Source: an uncultured Nitrososphaeraceae archaeon
Lineage (GTDB): Archaea; Thermoproteota; Nitrososphaeria; Nitrososphaerales; Nitrososphaeraceae
Assembly (NCBI GenBank): GCA_963825865.1
Contig: CAWGVG010000025.1
Coordinates: forward strand, 1 to 30,689
Reading direction: 5' to 3'
Length of the DNA stretch: 30,689 nt
Shown here: positions 27,375-30,689 of the stretch, piece after piece
Layout: each line of letters begins with the position of its first letter
How positions within the stretch are numbered: position 1 is the stretch's first letter
Notes under the pieces: generated by a model
Seen by the model: the letters and a program-made list of their open reading frames with translations, nothing else
Databases searched by the model: none
What the model was told of the DNA's origin: nothing
Made by a program: the position numbers and the translations under genes

Positions 27375-28300
27375 TCACCTCAATATGACTGCGGCTAATT
27401 CTTCTGCAGCGTGGTAAGGATCCATTTTTTTGCTTATTAGTTTATCAATAAAAAGAAAATATTTCTCGTTTTTATTTAGCATAGTTGAGACTTTTTGCTC
27501 AATCATATTTAAAACCATAGCTCTTAATTCTGATTCAAGCATTTTTTTTTCTTTCTCCTTATAATTACTACTTCTCACCTTTAGTAACTTATCGATAGTC
27601 GATACTAATTCTTTGATTCCTTTACCTGTCTTTGCTGATGCTTTCAAAACAGTGGGTTTCCTTTCAGTATCACCTATTAAATCTAAAATTGAATTGAAGA
27701 GAGTTGCTGCGCCTTCTAGGTCTCCCTTGTTTATTATATACACATCTCCAATTTCATTTAAGCCAGCTTTGATTGATTGGATGTTATCACCTGTGTTTGG
27801 AGTAAATACTACAGCAGTCAAATCCACAATCTTTGAGATTTCTACTTCTAAGCTGACCTGCTCCTACACTTTCAACTAATACAAGATCATAGCCAGCGGC
27901 ATCTAATACCCTAATTACATTTCTAAGAGATTTAGAAATTCCTCCAACCGCACCTCTAGATGCTATGCTTCTCATAAACACATTGTCATCATCCATGGCG
28001 GTCTGCATCCTAACTCTATCACCTAAAATTGCTCCTCCAGTAATTGGACTTGTTGGATCTACTGCAAGAACAGCAACCTTATATCCCAAAGCCTGAAAAT
28101 TGGGAACTAATTTTCCTATAAGAGAACTTTTTCCCCCTCCTCCAGGGCCTGTAAATCCTATTGCTCTTAGCTTTACCAGTTTTATCAAATATTTGTCGTA
28201 TGATTATTTGGGAATCATGATAATCATTATCAATAATAGAAATTGCTCTTGCTAGTGAGCGTCTTTCTCCTTTCAGAAGACCCTTAACTACAGGTAGCAT
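27375..28300 (-). CDS. meaB: MeaB/ArgK GTPase chaperone of methylmalonyl-CoA mutase, two +1 frameshifts
   Basis: RSLARAIS, GFTGPGGGGKSS, AVDPTSP.TGGAILGDRVRM, FMRSIASRG, ESVGAGQ, GDNIQSIKAGLNEIGD..INKGD. Confidence 0.92.
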
Positions 28301-28712
28301 GTCACTTTATAATATTTTGTCAATATTATATACTTCTTTTTTAATATTAACTGTCATATTAGCATTGGTAGTATTAATCCCTCGTTCCTCCGTGTATGTA
28401 TGAAAGGTGTGGATGAACATCCACCTCCTATTACCATCTTCAACGTCTTTCAATACCCGTTTACCAGTAATGCTCCACATATGCAAGACTATTAGCAAAC
28501 ATTGGCCTGGTTGTATAGGTTCTTCATTGAATCGTCCCATTTCTACCGAGAGTTAATTCTTAGCATCTGAATCTAATTTCTTTCTCTAACATCTAATGGT
28601 TTATATGATTATGCAGTTTATATTGACACTATATATTACGTAGACATAATCGCTACACGTATCAATATAAGATAGAATAAAGATTTTAAACTAAGGTGTA
28701 GATCTTCGGTTA

Positions 28713-29141
28713 ATGTCGGCGCACCAGCATCAAAAACGGATTAGAGTACTCGTCTCAAAGCTAGGATTAGATGGTCACGATAGAGGAGCTCTTGTAATAT
28801 GTAGAGCATTGAGAGACGCAGGCATGGAAGTCATTTACTCAGGACTGTTTTGTACACCAGAGCGAGTCGCAAAGATAGCGATTGACGAAGATGTAGATGC
28901 GATTGCAATGAGTTTGCTAAATGGAGCTCATTTAATATTATTTCCAAAAGTTGCCCGATTGTTGAAAGAAAAGGGAGTAAATGATATCTTAATTGTAGGC
29001 GGCGGGATTATTCCAGAAAGCGACAAGAAAGTGCTAGAGAAAGAAGGAGTTACTGGAAATTTTGGACCAGGAACACCTTTATCTACTGTAATTAATCACA
29101 TTTCAGAAAATATAAAAAAATTGCACTTGAAACAAAATTAA
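28713..29141 (+). CDS. Methylmalonyl-CoA mutase small (cobalamin-binding) subunit
   Basis: KLGLDGHDRGA (DxHxxG), LRDAGMEVIYSGL, MSLLNGAH, VGGGIIP, FGPGT. Confidence 0.94.
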   Translation: MSAHQHQKRIRVLVSKLGLDGHDRGALVICRALRDAGMEVIYSGLFCTPERVAKIAIDEDVDAIAMSLLNGAHLILFPKVARLLKEKGVNDILIVGGGIIPESDKKVLEKEGVTGNFGPGTPLSTVINHISENIKKLHLKQN

Positions 29142-29467
29142 TAGTTATATAAAATCTGTTATACAATATTACGAAGAATCGTAAATGATAGCACAAAAAT
29201 TATCTCTGGTACACTTTAGCATATCGATATCTGTAGAAATACCAACTCAAAGTTGTTTGTTTGACTGAGTCCATAATAAAAAGAAGATATAATATTAAAT
29301 TATGTTCTAACTTAATCTAAGATAATCTACAGACGAAGATAATAAAGGAATAATAATCGATACTATATGCAGCGGAATAAAAAGGAATCACTTGCACATA
29401 TTAAGAACTGCCAGAGGATCTGACAGGTGGTTAGTAATTTTAACTAGAATATTATTGTCATCATTGA

Positions 29468-30473
29468 TTAAATCTCTTTCGCATTTGGCCACATCATTTC
29501 GCGCATGCCTTTTCCAACTTTTTCAATTTGATGATTTTCAATCTCTTTCATATATCTATCAAACGAATTTTTTCCTTCTTTCTTGTAAATACTAACCCAC
29601 TCTTCTGCAAATTGACCTGATTGAATTTCTTTCAACGCTTCTTTCATCTTTTCCTTTAACATTTTATCAGCTACCCGTGGCCCCCTTGTAAGACCACCAT
29701 ATCTAGCAGTTTCGCTAACACGTTTATACATTCCGCTAATACCGTACTTGTGTATAAATTCTACAATCAGTTTCAGTTCATGAAGACATTCAAAATAAGC
29801 AACTTCAGGTTGGTATCCTGCCCCAACTAAAGTTTCAAATGCATTCATTATCAATGTATGGGCACCGCCACATAAGTCAACTTGTTCACCAAACCAGTCA
29901 GTTTCGACTTCTTCTTTAAAAGTTGTTTGAATTACACCAGGTCTGGTGCTACCAATACCTTTTGCCATAGCCAATACTCTATCCCAAGCCTTTTTTGTAT
30001 AATCCTGATATACGGCAACTAATGATGGTGTACCAAAACCTTCTTGATATAATTCACGGACTGTCTGTCCAGGACCTTTTGGTGCTACCATTATAATGTC
30101 AATATTTTTTGGAGCTACAATCCAATTCCAATGAATGGCAAGCCCATGCGAAAAACTTAATGCCTTACCTTCTCTAACATAGGGTGCAATTTCTTTATTG
30201 TATGTATCTGCCTGTTCCATATCAGGAATTAAAATGTGAATGATATCGCCATTATTGGCAAGCTTTTGACACCTCCATTACATTATGTCCATCATTTTCT
30301 GCCTCTTTCCATGTTTTTCCATCTTTTCTCAAGCCAATAATGATTTTCAAACCAGATTCTCTCATATTAGTAGATTGGGCACGACCTTGAATTCCATAAC
30401 CAATGACTGCGATTGTTTGATCTTTAATTGTATCCAATTTTACCTCATCATTTAGCCATTTTTTAGCGGACAT
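29468..30473 (-). CDS. ilvC: Ketol-acid reductoisomerase, +1 frameshift near 30260
   Basis: IAVIGYGIQGRAQ, LIPDMEQ, FSHG, MVAPKGPG, TTFKEEVETDWFGEQVDLCGG, AYFECLHELKLIV, VSETARYGG. Confidence 0.95.
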
Positions 30474-30689
30474 AACGGTTGAATAAGAACATGATACATA
30501 TATGCGCTATTACTAACTTGCGGTCGTAGTTAGAAGGCTGTTCAATTCAAAGGCTAATTTCTACCAGAAATATAGTTTACAATGCAAACTATTCAAAATA
30601 ATAATTAATCAAGAAAAGTAAATGTAAATAATATTGAATAACATTTATCGCCATTGACATTGTATACTATTGTATGTCTCATTACTATA

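Noticed and set aside
28307-28712. 77-aa ORF or cobalamin riboswitch between meaB and the mutase small subunit
   Set aside because: No recognisable protein motif and no B12-box consensus found; left uncalled.

Overview
AT-rich archaeal DNA, most consistent with an ammonia-oxidising archaeon (Nitrososphaerota, Nitrososphaeraceae-like). This is inferred from PCNA, RpoL, TFS, Tsr3, Nip7, an archaeal RNase P RNA and 3-hydroxypropionate/4-hydroxybutyrate-cycle genes (3-hydroxybutyryl-CoA dehydrogenase, methylmalonyl-CoA epimerase, split methylmalonyl-CoA mutase, MeaB). Housekeeping blocks at about 0-6.4 kb and 21.1-30.5 kb flank a more variable middle. That middle holds a LEA_2 protein, a large secreted protein, a solo Cas4-like Fe-S protein with a degenerate nuclease site, a pterin dehydratase homologue and truD. 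Between truD and lysC (about 13.9-20.4 kb) lies a cluster of small orphan genes. Its best-supported novel feature is a divergent switch: an in-phase 8-bp repeat array (nnTATATG) with a palindromic double TATA box upstream of a ribbon-helix-helix gene. Further along are a small-terminase-like gene, scaffold-like genes sharing a C-terminal motif, and structured intergenic hairpins, which together suggest a degenerate provirus or integrated element. Many conserved genes are broken by single-base, mostly +1, frameshifts that look like sequencing or consensus errors rather than biology. I saw no CRISPR array, tRNA, rRNA, integrase or transposase.
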